In this document: one piece after another, positions 1-10,169 of the stretch
Numbering within the stretch: the first letter of the stretch is position 1
Layout of the letters: the number at the start of each line of letters is the position of its first letter
Assembly (NCBI GenBank): GCA_012840225.1
Contig: DULU01000088.1
Location: 6,895-70,894 of the forward strand
DNA: 64,000 bases
Direction: 5' to 3'
From: Bacillota bacterium
GTDB lineage: Bacteria; Bacillota; Limnochordia; DTU080
Made by a program: the position numbers and the translations under genes
Notes under the pieces: model-generated
The model's input: only the letters and a program-made list of their open reading frames with translations
Databases searched by the model: none
Told to the model about the DNA's origin: nothing

Positions 1-2
1 CG

Positions 3-1187
3 GCAGAGGTGGTGGTGGTCTCCACCGCCATCGGTCCCGATAACCCGGAGGTGCTGGCCGCCAGGGCGGCCGGCATACCTGTTCTACATCGCTCGGAGAT
101 GCTGGCGGAGATCATGCACGCCAAGAAGGGGTTGGCAGTGGCCGGCGCCCACGGCAAAACCACCATCACTTCCATGCTGGCCTTTGTTTTGCATCACTGT
201 GGCCTTGATCCCACCTTTGTCATCGGCGGCGTGGTACCCGGATTGGGAGGCGCCCGTTATGGACGAGGGGAGCTGGTGATTGCCGAGGCCGACGAAAGCG
301 ATCGCTCCTTCTTGCGCTACCGCCCGCATATTGCCGTGGTGAGCAGCATCGAATCCGACCATCTGGAACACTATGACGGTACTTTTGCCAAGATGGTGGA
401 GGCTTTCGGGCAGTTCCTGCATAACGTACCGGTCGAGGGTGGCCTGGCCATACTCAATGCCGGAGACCCCCATCTTCAGGTTATCGGGCGGGAGCTGGCC
501 TGCCGGGTGATCTGGTATGGTCGCCCCGCTCATGCTGATTACAGAGCGCTGGAGATAGAAGCGCACGACCACAGGACGAGCTTTCTCGTGAGCGAGAGAG
601 GGCATCTCCTGGGCCGCTTTTCCCTGTGCATTCCGGGCGAGCACAATGTGGAGAATGCCCTGACGGTGGTAGCCGTAGCCAGGGAACTGGGTCTGGAGAT
701 GGATGAACTGGCCGTCCACCTGGCGGCCTTTCCGGGGGCTAAAAGGCGATTCGAAATCCTGGCCGATGGGGAAGTGTTGGTGGTGGATGACTATGCCCAT
801 CATCCGTCGGAGATCAAGGCCACCATTGCCGCCGCCAGAAAGGGTTATCCCGGGCGCCGCCTGGTGGCGGTCTTTCAGCCGCATCGCTACACCCGCACAC
901 ACTTTTTATTTACCGAGCTGGCCGGCTCTTTTTCCGCAGCCGATCTGGTGGTGTTGACCGAAGTTTATGCCCCACCGCCAGATCAGTGGATTCCAGGCGC
1001 TGAAGGAGCAGCGCTGGCCGCCGCGGCCGGTCGGGAAAGCGGGCGGCCGGTGCATTTCGTGCCGGAGAGGGCCGAGTTGCCCGGCTTCCTGTGGCGGATG
1101 CTCAAGCCGGGCGATGTGGTGCTCTTTATGGGAGCCGGGGACATCACTTTAGCCGCCAAAGAGTTGGCGGAACAAATGCGGGCATAA
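3..1187 (+). CDS. murC: UDP-N-acetylmuramate--L-alanine ligase (5'-partial)
   Basis: AGAHGKTT P-loop, EADESD, DDYAHHPSE and FQPHRYTRT motifs; the frame is open at the window start. Confidence 0.97.
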   Translation, partial: AEVVVVSTAIGPDNPEVLAARAAGIPVLHRSEMLAEIMHAKKGLAVAGAHGKTTITSMLAFVLHHCGLDPTFVIGGVVPGLGGARYGRGELVIAEADESDRSFLRYRPHIAVVSSIESDHLEHYDGTFAKMVEAFGQFLHNVPVEGGLAILNAGDPHLQVIGRELACRVIWYGRPAHADYRALEIEAHDHRTSFLVSERGHLLGRFSLCIPGEHNVENALTVVAVARELGLEMDELAVHLAAFPGAKRRFEILADGEVLVVDDYAHHPSEIKATIAAARKGYPGRRLVAVFQPHRYTRTHFLFTELAGSFSAADLVVLTEVYAPPPDQWIPGAEGAALAAAAGRESGRPVHFVPERAELPGFLWRMLKPGDVVLFMGAGDITLAAKELAEQMRA

Positions 1188-1198
1188 TAAATGATGAT

Positions 1199-2905
1199 AT
1201 GGATATTCTTCATCATTTAAGCGGCATTGATGTTCTCCAGGCTTTCCTCGCCGGACCGGGCGATACCAAAGAATGGTTCGAGATAAGAAATGCCGCCGCA
1301 CAGCTGTCGCTCGCCCATGGTTTCGAGCGGTTGTTGTCTCTCGAAACCATCAATGTCGAGCTCTATGAACATCAGGTGGAGGCGGTACTGCGGGTGCTGC
1401 GGCATATGCGCGGCCGGGCGGTGCTGGCCGATGAAGTCGGCCTGGGTAAAACCATCGAGGCAGGGGTGATCGCCAAAGAATACCTGCTGCGCGACCTGGC
1501 CCGGCGCATTTTGATCCTCGTGCCTTCCTCCCTGAAAAACCAGTGGAAAAGTGAATTGGAGGAGAAGATAGGCCTCCATTTCCAGATCGCCTGCCGGCCG
1601 GCTTCCTTTGCCAAAGATCTGGTGCTGGCCTCCATCGACACCGCCAAGCGGAAAGAAAATGCCGCCGTGATTCATGAGAGGCCCTGGGATCTGGTGATTG
1701 TGGACGAGGCGCACCGGCTGAAAAACAAAGCCACGGTAAACTGGCAGTTTGTGAATGCCATCGAGAAAAAGTATCTGCTGCTCCTCACCGCTACCCCGGT
1801 GCAAAACGACCTGAGAGAATTATATAATCTGATCACGCTGCTGAAGCCTGGACAGCTCAAGACTTTCACCCAATTCAAGCGGGAATTCATGATCGACCGC
1901 CATGCCCCGAAAAATGTCTCCGGCCTGCGCCGGCTTTTGTCGGAAGTGATGGTGCGCAAAAATCGCCGGGACACTTTGCTGTTTTGGCCGAAGCGCCATG
2001 TGCGTTCCTTCTCCGTACCACTGGGCCACGAGGAATCCGCCTTTTACCGCTTGATGGTCGAAGAACTGGGGTGGGCTTATCGCTCCCGGCCGACCGGCAA
2101 ACGCAACATCCTCCCATACCTCCTCCTGCTCAGGGAATTGTGCAGCCATCCGCAAACGGCGGCCAAAACCCTGACTGGTCTGGTCAAGGCCGGACGGTCC
2201 TCCATTTTGCCGGCCGAGCGCTGCCGCCGACTTTTGGCTTGCCTGCCGCCAGGCCCACCGGCCAAGCTGGTTTGGACCATGGATTTTGTCAAAAAGCTCA
2301 CCGAGCCGGCCATCATTTTCACCGAATTCCGCACCACCCTTGAGGAGGTGGCCGCCGCCTGCCGGAGGGCGGGATGGGCTGTGGAATTGATCCACGGCGG
2401 CTTGAGCGCTGCCGAAAAGGAGCAGGCCGTCGCGCGTTTCAGGAAGAACGGCCGCCTTTTGCTCAGCACGGAGTGCGGGGGTGAAGGATGGAACCTGCAG
2501 TTTTGCCGGGTGTTGCTTAACTACGATCTGCCCTGGAATCCGCTGCGCCTGGAGCAACGTATCGGGCGCATCCACCGCCTGGGGCAAAAGGACGATGTGA
2601 TGGTGGTCAACCTGGCCACCGAAGGCACGATGGAATCATATATTCTCTATCTCCTGGAGCAAAAGCTGGGCATGTTCGACCTGGTGATCGGGGAACTGGA
2701 GCAGATCCTCGCCGATCTGCCCGGCTCCTATGAGCAGCTTTTGGCCCATTTGGCGCTGGAGTCCCGGGATGAAGAAGAGCTGCGGGCCCGCCTGGAGGCT
2801 TTCGGAAAGGAACTGGAGAGGGCCTGCCGGGTCTATGAAAATGTCAGGCAGCTAAACATGCAGCTTTTTTCGCCTGACGGCCGGTCTGTTTATCTGGAGG
2901 CTTGA
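1199..2905 (+). CDS. SNF2-family ATPase/helicase, YqhH-like (copy 1)
   Basis: LADEVGLGKT, DEAH, LTATP, YDLPWNP and QRIGRIHRLGQ motifs; start taken at ATG 1199 just after the murC stop (track ORF starts at 1091). Confidence 0.92.
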   Translation: MDILHHLSGIDVLQAFLAGPGDTKEWFEIRNAAAQLSLAHGFERLLSLETINVELYEHQVEAVLRVLRHMRGRAVLADEVGLGKTIEAGVIAKEYLLRDLARRILILVPSSLKNQWKSELEEKIGLHFQIACRPASFAKDLVLASIDTAKRKENAAVIHERPWDLVIVDEAHRLKNKATVNWQFVNAIEKKYLLLLTATPVQNDLRELYNLITLLKPGQLKTFTQFKREFMIDRHAPKNVSGLRRLLSEVMVRKNRRDTLLFWPKRHVRSFSVPLGHEESAFYRLMVEELGWAYRSRPTGKRNILPYLLLLRELCSHPQTAAKTLTGLVKAGRSSILPAERCRRLLACLPPGPPAKLVWTMDFVKKLTEPAIIFTEFRTTLEEVAAACRRAGWAVELIHGGLSAAEKEQAVARFRKNGRLLLSTECGGEGWNLQFCRVLLNYDLPWNPLRLEQRIGRIHRLGQKDDVMVVNLATEGTMESYILYLLEQKLGMFDLVIGELEQILADLPGSYEQLLAHLALESRDEEELRARLEAFGKELERACRVYENVRQLNMQLFSPDGRSVYLEA

Positions 2906-4791
2906 TATTTGGAGGCTTGCTAGGTAAATTGGAGGCTACTGTTGCAGACCAGGTGGAGCGGGCCGCGGCGCAAATCCGGGCCTTTACCATACGCTTCCTC
3001 AGAAACCTCGGCGCAGAGCTCCATAGCGGCGGGGCGAATAAGGCCGGGACGAGCGGGGGAACCGGCCGCAGCAGCCTTGGCGGCGGCAGCATTGGCGGCG
3101 GCAGCATTGGCGTTGCCTGTCAGCCCATTTACGCTCACCTGCCGCCCGATCTGGCTGCAGAGCTGGGGGTACCGCGGGAGTTGCATATCGTCTTTAGCCC
3201 CCCGGTGCCGGCAGGTGCTTATTATGTCACTTACGGCACCCCGCTTTTGGAGCGCATGCTGGAATTGGCGGCTTCCAGAGGTACAGGCTGTCACCTGCTC
3301 CTTTCGTCGGGCCTTGACCCAGGATTTGTGAACATGGCCATGACCCGCCCATACTCCGCTCTGCCGGAGGATGCGGCAATAGAGGAAAGCTCCGGCAATA
3401 TTCAGCCGGATTCCGCTTATCGCCGGTTTTGCCGGACTTTCACCCGCCTCAATATAAAAAATGGCCTGGCCGAGTGGCACAGCAGAAAGCTGGTGCATCA
3501 TCAGCAGGTGCTCTTCATCTTTCGCGTCTCTTTCATCGCCGACGAAAAAGAGGAGATGATTGTGCCGGTGCTGATGGATCCTATTACCGAGTCCCCCGAC
3601 ACCTTGGTCGACCTGAACGCCGCCGTCTCCTTCACTCCTCCTCTGTCAGGACTGCCTACCCTTTTGGAAGGAACCGGCGCTGCCAAAGGAAGCAGGGGGC
3701 CGGCCCCGGATAAGACTGAGGCACCTGACAAGGCCGAGGCCGGAAAAAAGCCTAAAAGCACCGGCACCGTCGCCAAAGTGTCTCCACTCGCTCGCCTGGA
3801 GCCGGTGCCGCTCTCCTCCTTCCTGGCCCGGGCGACGGATGACCTGCCCAGGGAAGCCTATAGCCTACTTAGGTTGTATAAACAAGCCGGATCCCACTTA
3901 AGTGAGCTGGTAGCGGCCAAGGCTCAAGCATTCAGAGAAGCGGCGGCCGGGCGCATGGCGGCGGAGAGGGAACGCCTGGAGGCCTATTATCGCGATCTGG
4001 CCGCCGAACAGCTTGAACCGCTGCGCCGCCTTTTCCGGCGCATGGCCGGGGTTTCCGTGCGGGCTCACCTGGCCCACAGCTACGATGATCAGCTGACCTG
4101 CCACAAGCGGCTGCAGGAGCTGAAAGCGATGGCCCAGGAGCTGGAGCAAGAGTGCCAGGAGGGCTTGTCGTCCCTGGAAAAAGAGAAAGAGCGGCGCCTG
4201 CATGAACTGGCCGCCGGGTATGCCGTCCGCCTGGAAGCCTGCCTGATCGCCATCGCGGCCATAAGGGTACCCCGGTTGCAATTCACCTTGCACCTGTCAC
4301 AAGCATCTCCGGACAACGGCAGCAGAGCGAGAGAATTCTCGGGGATATACGACATCTGGCGCGACAAGCTGATCGATGTGGCCTGTGAGGTCTGTGACGG
4401 CGACCTTGATGAAGCCTCTTGGTGTGCCTGCGACCATCTGGTCTGCTCCCGGTGCCAAGGTCGTTGCCCAAGCTGCGGCCTCCCGGTATGCGCCGCTTGT
4501 GCTGCCGGCCGCTGTCACCTATGTCAGGCCTATATTTGTCATTCCTGCCTGATCACCTGTCCCCTGACCACCGGTGCCGGCACCGGCACCAGTACCGGTG
4601 CCAGAGCCGACTTCAGCGCCGGTCGCCGTCAACTTGATGAGCTATATATCTGTCACACCTGCTCAGCCACCTATTGTGAGGTGTGCCGGCGGTTGACGCC
4701 GAGCGACGGCCGGCCAACACCCCCCCTTCCTGATCTAACGAGCCTACAGTTAACGGGCCGGAAGCAAAAGGCAATAGGCAATAGGAAATAA
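2902..4791 (+). CDS. YqhG-like protein with coiled coil and C-terminal Cys-rich (multi-CxxC) domain
   Basis: Overlaps the SNF2 stop; blocks FLRNLGA, YGTPLLERML, ERERLEAYY and ERRLHEL parallel the 7308-8252 protein; 19 Cys in the C-terminal part; start uncertain. Confidence 0.7.
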   Translation: MIFGGLLGKLEATVADQVERAAAQIRAFTIRFLRNLGAELHSGGANKAGTSGGTGRSSLGGGSIGGGSIGVACQPIYAHLPPDLAAELGVPRELHIVFSPPVPAGAYYVTYGTPLLERMLELAASRGTGCHLLLSSGLDPGFVNMAMTRPYSALPEDAAIEESSGNIQPDSAYRRFCRTFTRLNIKNGLAEWHSRKLVHHQQVLFIFRVSFIADEKEEMIVPVLMDPITESPDTLVDLNAAVSFTPPLSGLPTLLEGTGAAKGSRGPAPDKTEAPDKAEAGKKPKSTGTVAKVSPLARLEPVPLSSFLARATDDLPREAYSLLRLYKQAGSHLSELVAAKAQAFREAAAGRMAAERERLEAYYRDLAAEQLEPLRRLFRRMAGVSVRAHLAHSYDDQLTCHKRLQELKAMAQELEQECQEGLSSLEKEKERRLHELAAGYAVRLEACLIAIAAIRVPRLQFTLHLSQASPDNGSRAREFSGIYDIWRDKLIDVACEVCDGDLDEASWCACDHLVCSRCQGRCPSCGLPVCAACAAGRCHLCQAYICHSCLITCPLTTGAGTGTSTGARADFSAGRRQLDELYICHTCSATYCEVCRRLTPSDGRPTPPLPDLTSLQLTGRKQKAIGNRK

Positions 4792-4853
4792 GCCATCCCG
4801 CGCCGAATATATGAGCGATTGTTCAGTTTATTATATTTGACGGGGGACGCGCC

Positions 4854-7379
4854 TTGGATGTCGGCACCTTTATAAACCGCATCACAGCCCACCAGCAATA
4901 TGCCGGGCAACTGGTCCACCTGGAGGTGTTACCGACTCGACAGGCCGTCTTTCAGGCGCCGGCACAACCGCTTCCGGAACCGGTAGCTCAGGCTTTGGCC
5001 GGCATCGGCATCAACCGGCTTTACTCCCATCAGGCGCTCGCCGTCGATTTGGCCAGAGAAGGCCGGCATTTTGTGGTGGTGACCGGCACCGCCAGCGGCA
5101 AGACGCTCTGCTATCACCTCCCTGTACTGGAAGGGCTCCTGCAGGACGCCGGCGGGAAAGCGCTCTATCTTTTTCCCACCAAAGCTTTGGCTCAGGACCA
5201 GCTGCGCGGGCTCCTGCAGCTGAAGGAGTTATGTCCCGATCTGCCGCTGTGCGCCGGCACCTATGACGGCGATACCCCTCCGGCAATTCGCCGCCGGCTG
5301 AAATCGGAAGGCAACTGCATCCTGACCAATCCCGACATGCTGCATTCCGGGATCCTCCCGAATCATGCCGGCTGGGGGGAATTTTTCGCCTCTCTCCGCT
5401 GGATCATCATCGACGAGATCCACACCTATCGCGGCATATTCGGCAGCCACGTAGCCAACGTCATCCGCCGCCTAAAGCGGGTATGCCGACACTACGGCTC
5501 CAACCCGCAGTTTTTCTGCTCTTCGGCCACCATAGCCAATCCCAAAGAGCTAGCCGAAAAACTGACCGGGGAGACGGTTGTGGTGATCGACGACGACGGC
5601 TCGCCGCGGGGCCGGAAATATTTCGCCTTTTGGAATCCGCCCCGCTTCGGAGAGACGATGGAGCGGCGCAGCCCTTTCTCGGAAGCTACGGTGCTGATGA
5701 CTGAGCTGATCAAAGCCAGGCATCCCACCATCGCTTTCAGCAGGACCCGCATCGGTGTGGAGCTGCTTTACCGCTACACCCGTCAGGAGTTGCAGCGCCT
5801 GAGCCCCACGCTCGCCGGGGCCATCAGAGCCTACCGGGGCGGATACCTGCCGGCCGAACGCCGCCGTATCGAGCAACAGCTGTTCTCGGGAGAACTCCTG
5901 GGCGTGACCAGCACTAACGCTCTTGAGCTGGGCATCGACATCGGCTCCCTTGATGCCTGCCTGATGGTGGGTTTTCCGGGCTCCATCGCCAGCGCCTGGC
6001 AACAAGCGGGAAGAGCCGGCCGGGGCGGGGATGATGCCCTGGTGGTCTTCATTGCCCAGAACGCCCCGCTCGATCAGTATTTGATGATGCATCCCCATTA
6101 TTTCTTCGAGAGCAGCTGTGAACACGCCACCGTCGACCCGGATAATCCTTATGTGGCGCTGAATCACCTCCGGGCAGCCATATTCGAACTGCCGCTGCGA
6201 GTGGATAAAGAAGAGGAATTCGGTCCCATGGCGCCGGCGCTGGTGGAACTATTGCTGGACCTGCACCAGATCGTAAGGCGGGGTAACAGCTGGTATTGGG
6301 TAGGTAAGGGCTTTCCCGCCGACGATTTCAGTCTGCGCACCGCCGGGGACGACACTTATACAATCATCGACACCACGGAAGGAAAAAATGTGGCTATCGG
6401 CTCCACCTGCGAGCTGACGGCCTTCACCCAGCTTTACACCGAAGCCATCTACCTGCACGACGGCGAGCCGTATTTTGTCTCCAAGCTGGACACCGCGGAG
6501 AAAGCCGCCTATGTCCATCGCGTCGACCCCGACTACTATACCCAGTCGATCACCGATCGCCGCGTGCGCATCCAGGCGGAGGAACTCTCCAAAGAGTGGC
6601 GGAAGAGCCGGGTGAGTTTCGGCGATGTGGATGTCACGTATATCACCTATATGTATAAAAAGGTGAAATTTGCCGACCGCGACAGTCTGGGCTTCGGCCG
6701 CATCGACCTGCCGCCTATCGTCTTCGACACCTGCGCCATGTGGCTCTCGCCGTCTCTTGAAGCCTTCCGCCAGGTGCGGGCGGCCGGACTGGTACCGTCG
6801 GAAGGTATGGCCGGAGTGGCCAATGTGATCGGTGAGGTGCTGCCACTTTTTGCCATGTGCGACCCTTCGGATATCGGTACCGCCGTCGATTCCTCCAACA
6901 CCGGGGTGCCTACTTTATTCGTGTTCGACAGATACAAAGGAGGCGCGGGATTCGCCCAGAAGGCCTATGAACTGGTGGAAGAAGTCCTGGCCGCCTGCTG
7001 CCGGCTGATTCTGGATTGCTCCTGCGCCGACGGCTGTCCTTCCTGTGTGGGGGCGCCGGTGCCACCATTTCCCGGCATAGAAGTGGACAGCGAAGCCAAA
7101 GGCCGCATTCCCGACAAAGAAGCAGCGCTGGTCATCCTGCACGCCTTGCTGGAGCGCCCGTATGTACCGCAGGTCAAAGCCGGGAAAAAAGCCTATGCCG
7201 GAGGAACTGCGGCTGCCGGTGGGGCTGGGAGAGCCGGAGGTGCCGCCCCGCCGGTGGAGAGCGAAGAGCTGATCGAGCGCCGTCCGGCCGAACCGCTCCC
7301 GGAAAATCTAGAAATTCGCCTGCGGCAACAGATCACCCGCCTGCAAGTCACCAACAGGCACAAAAACCAGGGCGCATAA
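4854..7379 (+). CDS. DEAD/DEAH-box helicase with DUF1998 Zn domain (MrfA/YprA/Hrq1/SftH family)
   Basis: TGTASGKT, PTKALAQDQ, DEIH, SAT, TNALELGIDIG, QQAGRAGR; C-terminal CDPSD...CSCADGCPSC. Confidence 0.92.
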   Translation: MDVGTFINRITAHQQYAGQLVHLEVLPTRQAVFQAPAQPLPEPVAQALAGIGINRLYSHQALAVDLAREGRHFVVVTGTASGKTLCYHLPVLEGLLQDAGGKALYLFPTKALAQDQLRGLLQLKELCPDLPLCAGTYDGDTPPAIRRRLKSEGNCILTNPDMLHSGILPNHAGWGEFFASLRWIIIDEIHTYRGIFGSHVANVIRRLKRVCRHYGSNPQFFCSSATIANPKELAEKLTGETVVVIDDDGSPRGRKYFAFWNPPRFGETMERRSPFSEATVLMTELIKARHPTIAFSRTRIGVELLYRYTRQELQRLSPTLAGAIRAYRGGYLPAERRRIEQQLFSGELLGVTSTNALELGIDIGSLDACLMVGFPGSIASAWQQAGRAGRGGDDALVVFIAQNAPLDQYLMMHPHYFFESSCEHATVDPDNPYVALNHLRAAIFELPLRVDKEEEFGPMAPALVELLLDLHQIVRRGNSWYWVGKGFPADDFSLRTAGDDTYTIIDTTEGKNVAIGSTCELTAFTQLYTEAIYLHDGEPYFVSKLDTAEKAAYVHRVDPDYYTQSITDRRVRIQAEELSKEWRKSRVSFGDVDVTYITYMYKKVKFADRDSLGFGRIDLPPIVFDTCAMWLSPSLEAFRQVRAAGLVPSEGMAGVANVIGEVLPLFAMCDPSDIGTAVDSSNTGVPTLFVFDRYKGGAGFAQKAYELVEEVLAACCRLILDCSCADGCPSCVGAPVPPFPGIEVDSEAKGRIPDKEAALVILHALLERPYVPQVKAGKKAYAGGTAAAGGAGRAGGAAPPVESEELIERRPAEPLPENLEIRLRQQITRLQVTNRHKNQGA

Positions 7380-8252
7380 AGCCGGCCTGGCGACCGCCCG
7401 GGGCCGGTAAAGCTTCTCCAGCTCCATGAGGCGCCGGCGATATCCGCCGTCATGGCTGTCGTCATCGCTCTCGCCGCCTTCGTGGCCATCGCCGCCTTCG
7501 TGGTCATCGCTGCCGGCGTGGTCATCGCTGCCGGTGTGGTCGGCCATTTGTATTTTGTTTTTGGCATAATAACTGTGTAGCAAAAAGCGTTCGGCCTCCA
7601 GCGCCAGGAGCGACTCCCTGGCCCAGCCGTCATCCTCTTTGGCCATTACGGCAGCGATGTAGCGACAGGCTTTATCCATGGCTTCTTCCAGATCCACCTG
7701 CCTGGGCAGACAGTGGCGGGGCGGGGTCTCCACCAAAGTGCGGCTATCCAAAAGGGCAGCCAGACCCGGGCAAATAGCACCGCCGGTCAGGTCGATGCCC
7801 AGGGCATAAAGGCGCTCGTCGCCATTACGCCCTTCGCAGGTGACGACCATATGCAGCAATAAATATGGTTTATAAACTTCATCACCAGAGGCGTTACATC
7901 CGGCGGGACAAACCGTAAAGCGGGAAAAACGCCCCAAGCGGCGGGCTGAAGACAGCATTTGCGTCAACCTGTAGCTGCCTTTGCACACCAACTCCGCCCG
8001 TTTGTCCTCCTGAGCGGCTTCCTCGGTGAACGCCAGATATATAACCGTCAGTCCGGACTGATCCGGCGGCTGAAAGGCCGGATGCAGAGGTTGGCGTCCT
8101 TCCAGGACGGACAACTGCTCCGCTGTCAATTCCACCCGCAAAAGTTGACCTTCTGTCCCCATCCCGGCGCCGAGGGCCCGGAAATATTCGGTTATAAACT
8201 GCCTGACGGCGTCTCCCGGTGCATCCTCATATTGCGGCTTACCTGCTACCAA
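7308..8252 (-). CDS. YqhG-family protein (copy 2)
   Basis: Coupled downstream of a SNF2 gene; GSYRLTQM, LGIDLTGG, DGWARES...LLHSYY and LEKLYRPR resemble B. subtilis YqhG as recalled. Confidence 0.75.
   Translation of the reverse strand: MVAGKPQYEDAPGDAVRQFITEYFRALGAGMGTEGQLLRVELTAEQLSVLEGRQPLHPAFQPPDQSGLTVIYLAFTEEAAQEDKRAELVCKGSYRLTQMLSSARRLGRFSRFTVCPAGCNASGDEVYKPYLLLHMVVTCEGRNGDERLYALGIDLTGGAICPGLAALLDSRTLVETPPRHCLPRQVDLEEAMDKACRYIAAVMAKEDDGWARESLLALEAERFLLHSYYAKNKIQMADHTGSDDHAGSDDHEGGDGHEGGESDDDSHDGGYRRRLMELEKLYRPRAVARPALCALVFVPVGDLQAGDLLPQANF
7473..7541. repeat. About 4 x 18-bp tandem repeat encoding an Asp/His/Gly-rich insert in the YqhG-family protein
   Basis: gccgccttcgtggccatc / gccgccttcgtggtcatc / gctgccggcgtggtcatc / gctgccggtgtggtc. 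Confidence 0.85.
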
Positions 8253-10162
8253 GTTAACCAGCGCTCCATCTTCTGCTGCTTATCCCGCTCCTCGGAGAGG
8301 AGGGCGGAAAACTGCTCCGCCAGTTGCTCAAACCGCCTTCTTATCTCGGTTTGATCCGCCGATGAGCTCAATATGTCATAGACTATTTTTTCAAAGCCGG
8401 CACCGCCGCCCAACCTTGGCAAGATGCCTTCCAGGCCGCCGATCACCATATTGAACATATTGATCTTCTCGTGCAGGAGATAGATGATATATTCTTCAAT
8501 GGTGTTCAAGGTCTTCATGTTGTATATATGCACGTCCCGCGTCTGTCCCAAGCGGTGGACACGACCGATGCGCTGCTCGATGCGCATAGGATTCCACGGC
8601 AGGTCGTAGTTGACGATATGGCAGGCAAACTGGAAATTTAAACCCTCACCGCCGGCTTCCGTGCTGACCAGCACCTCACCTCTGGTGCGGAAAAGCTCTT
8701 TGATCCACTCCTTGCGGCTGTTGGAGAGCGAGCCGTCGAAGGCCAGTACGGCAAAGCCTTCTTGCTCCAGCCGTCGGCACAGATATTGCTGGGTGGCGCG
8801 GTATTCGGTGAAAACCAAAGTCTGGTCGCCGATTTTCTTCAGCGTCTCCACCAGGCGCTCCGCCTTGCTGCAGGTCGGGCAGGATTCGGCCTGCACAAGA
8901 AGTTTCTGCAGCACTGAGGTAAGGTAAGGATCCCTGGTTTGCGCCAGGATGTTTTTCAGGGTAAAGGTGAGCGCCATGGGGCTGGAGCAAAGCTCCCGCT
9001 GCAAGGTGACCAAGGTAAGCGGGTTGAGGGTGAAGAGGGCGGCGGAGGGTGCTGCGGGCAAGTGCCACAGGGCTGAGACGCTCCGATACAATTCGCTCTC
9101 TTCCTGCTCCAGATGCACTTCCACCTGGTGTACATGCCGCCTGGTGAACTCCACGGAATGCGGGCCCCGCCGGTTTCTGATCATCACTTGGCTGAGCAGC
9201 TTCTTTAATTCCGGAGTCTCCCGGGGCAGGCGTTTGTCTTCCACATACCTTTTGACGAACTGCTCATAGGTACCTAACCAACCCGGCTTAAGCAGGGTGA
9301 TCATGTTGTACAATTCCCTCAGGTCGTTGTGCACCGGCGTAGCTGTCAACATTAGAAAGCGTTTTTTGTTTATTTTATTCACAAACTGCCAATTGCGCGT
9401 CCTGCTGTTTTTCAGTTTGTGTGCTTCGTCGCATACCACCAGATCATAAGTCAGGTTGCAGATGATGTCACAATGCGGCCGGCGCTTAGCCGTATCCAGA
9501 CCGGCGATGAGCACATCGCACCGCTCCCAGTCATACTCGCTCCTCTGCAGATAGGCGGCTATGCCGAATTTTTCCTTCAATTCCATATACCACTGCCAAC
9601 ACAAGCCGGCCGGGGTCAGGATCAGCACCCGCCGCACCAGGCCGCGCAGCATATATTCCTTAATGATCATTCCTGCTTCGATAGTCTTCCCCAAACCCAC
9701 CTCATCGGCCAGGATAGCCCGCCCGTCCATCTCATGCACCACCCGCCTGACCACGGCCAGCTGGCGCGGATAAAAAATGAAACCGTGGCGGCGCCAACGG
9801 TCCGCCAGGTTGGGAATGATCAAGAGATCCGTTCCGCCTTTGTTGATGGAAAGAGCCAACGCCCGGCAAGCCAGACGATACCAGATGAGAGAGGAGCGCC
9901 GGCGCTCTTCGATGTGGGCCAGCATCTCCCTGGCCGCCGTCAGGGACAAGGAGAGGCCGAAATGCTCCGTGACCGGCCATGGGGGAGTAAACTCCTCTTC
10001 AGGCAACGGACGAAAATAGTCCTCGTACCGGAAGGAAAGCAGAGGAACGGTGATGGGAAAAAGGCGCAGCGGTACCTCATTTTTATCCGGAAGCACAATC
10101 TCCTCGTCTTTTACCTTCACTGTGACACTCAAAACACCAAAGCCCCCCCACAAACAACTCAC
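8246..10162 (-). CDS. SNF2-family ATPase/helicase, YqhH-like (copy 2)
   Basis: LADEVGLGKT, DEAH, LTATP, STEAGGEGLN and QRIGRVHRLGQ; the true start may be TTG at 10132. Confidence 0.92.
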   Translation of the reverse strand: MSCLWGGFGVLSVTVKVKDEEIVLPDKNEVPLRLFPITVPLLSFRYEDYFRPLPEEEFTPPWPVTEHFGLSLSLTAAREMLAHIEERRRSSLIWYRLACRALALSINKGGTDLLIIPNLADRWRRHGFIFYPRQLAVVRRVVHEMDGRAILADEVGLGKTIEAGMIIKEYMLRGLVRRVLILTPAGLCWQWYMELKEKFGIAAYLQRSEYDWERCDVLIAGLDTAKRRPHCDIICNLTYDLVVCDEAHKLKNSRTRNWQFVNKINKKRFLMLTATPVHNDLRELYNMITLLKPGWLGTYEQFVKRYVEDKRLPRETPELKKLLSQVMIRNRRGPHSVEFTRRHVHQVEVHLEQEESELYRSVSALWHLPAAPSAALFTLNPLTLVTLQRELCSSPMALTFTLKNILAQTRDPYLTSVLQKLLVQAESCPTCSKAERLVETLKKIGDQTLVFTEYRATQQYLCRRLEQEGFAVLAFDGSLSNSRKEWIKELFRTRGEVLVSTEAGGEGLNFQFACHIVNYDLPWNPMRIEQRIGRVHRLGQTRDVHIYNMKTLNTIEEYIIYLLHEKINMFNMVIGGLEGILPRLGGGAGFEKIVYDILSSSADQTEIRRRFEQLAEQFSALLSEERDKQQKMERWLTW

Positions 10163-10169
10163 ACTTAGC

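Noticed and set aside
1199..10162. DISARM or another named defence system (SNF2 + DUF1998)
   Set aside because: DUF1998 is fused to a full MrfA/Hrq1-type helicase rather than a stand-alone DrmB; no methyltransferase, PLD nuclease or DrmA is present, and the context is core chromosome
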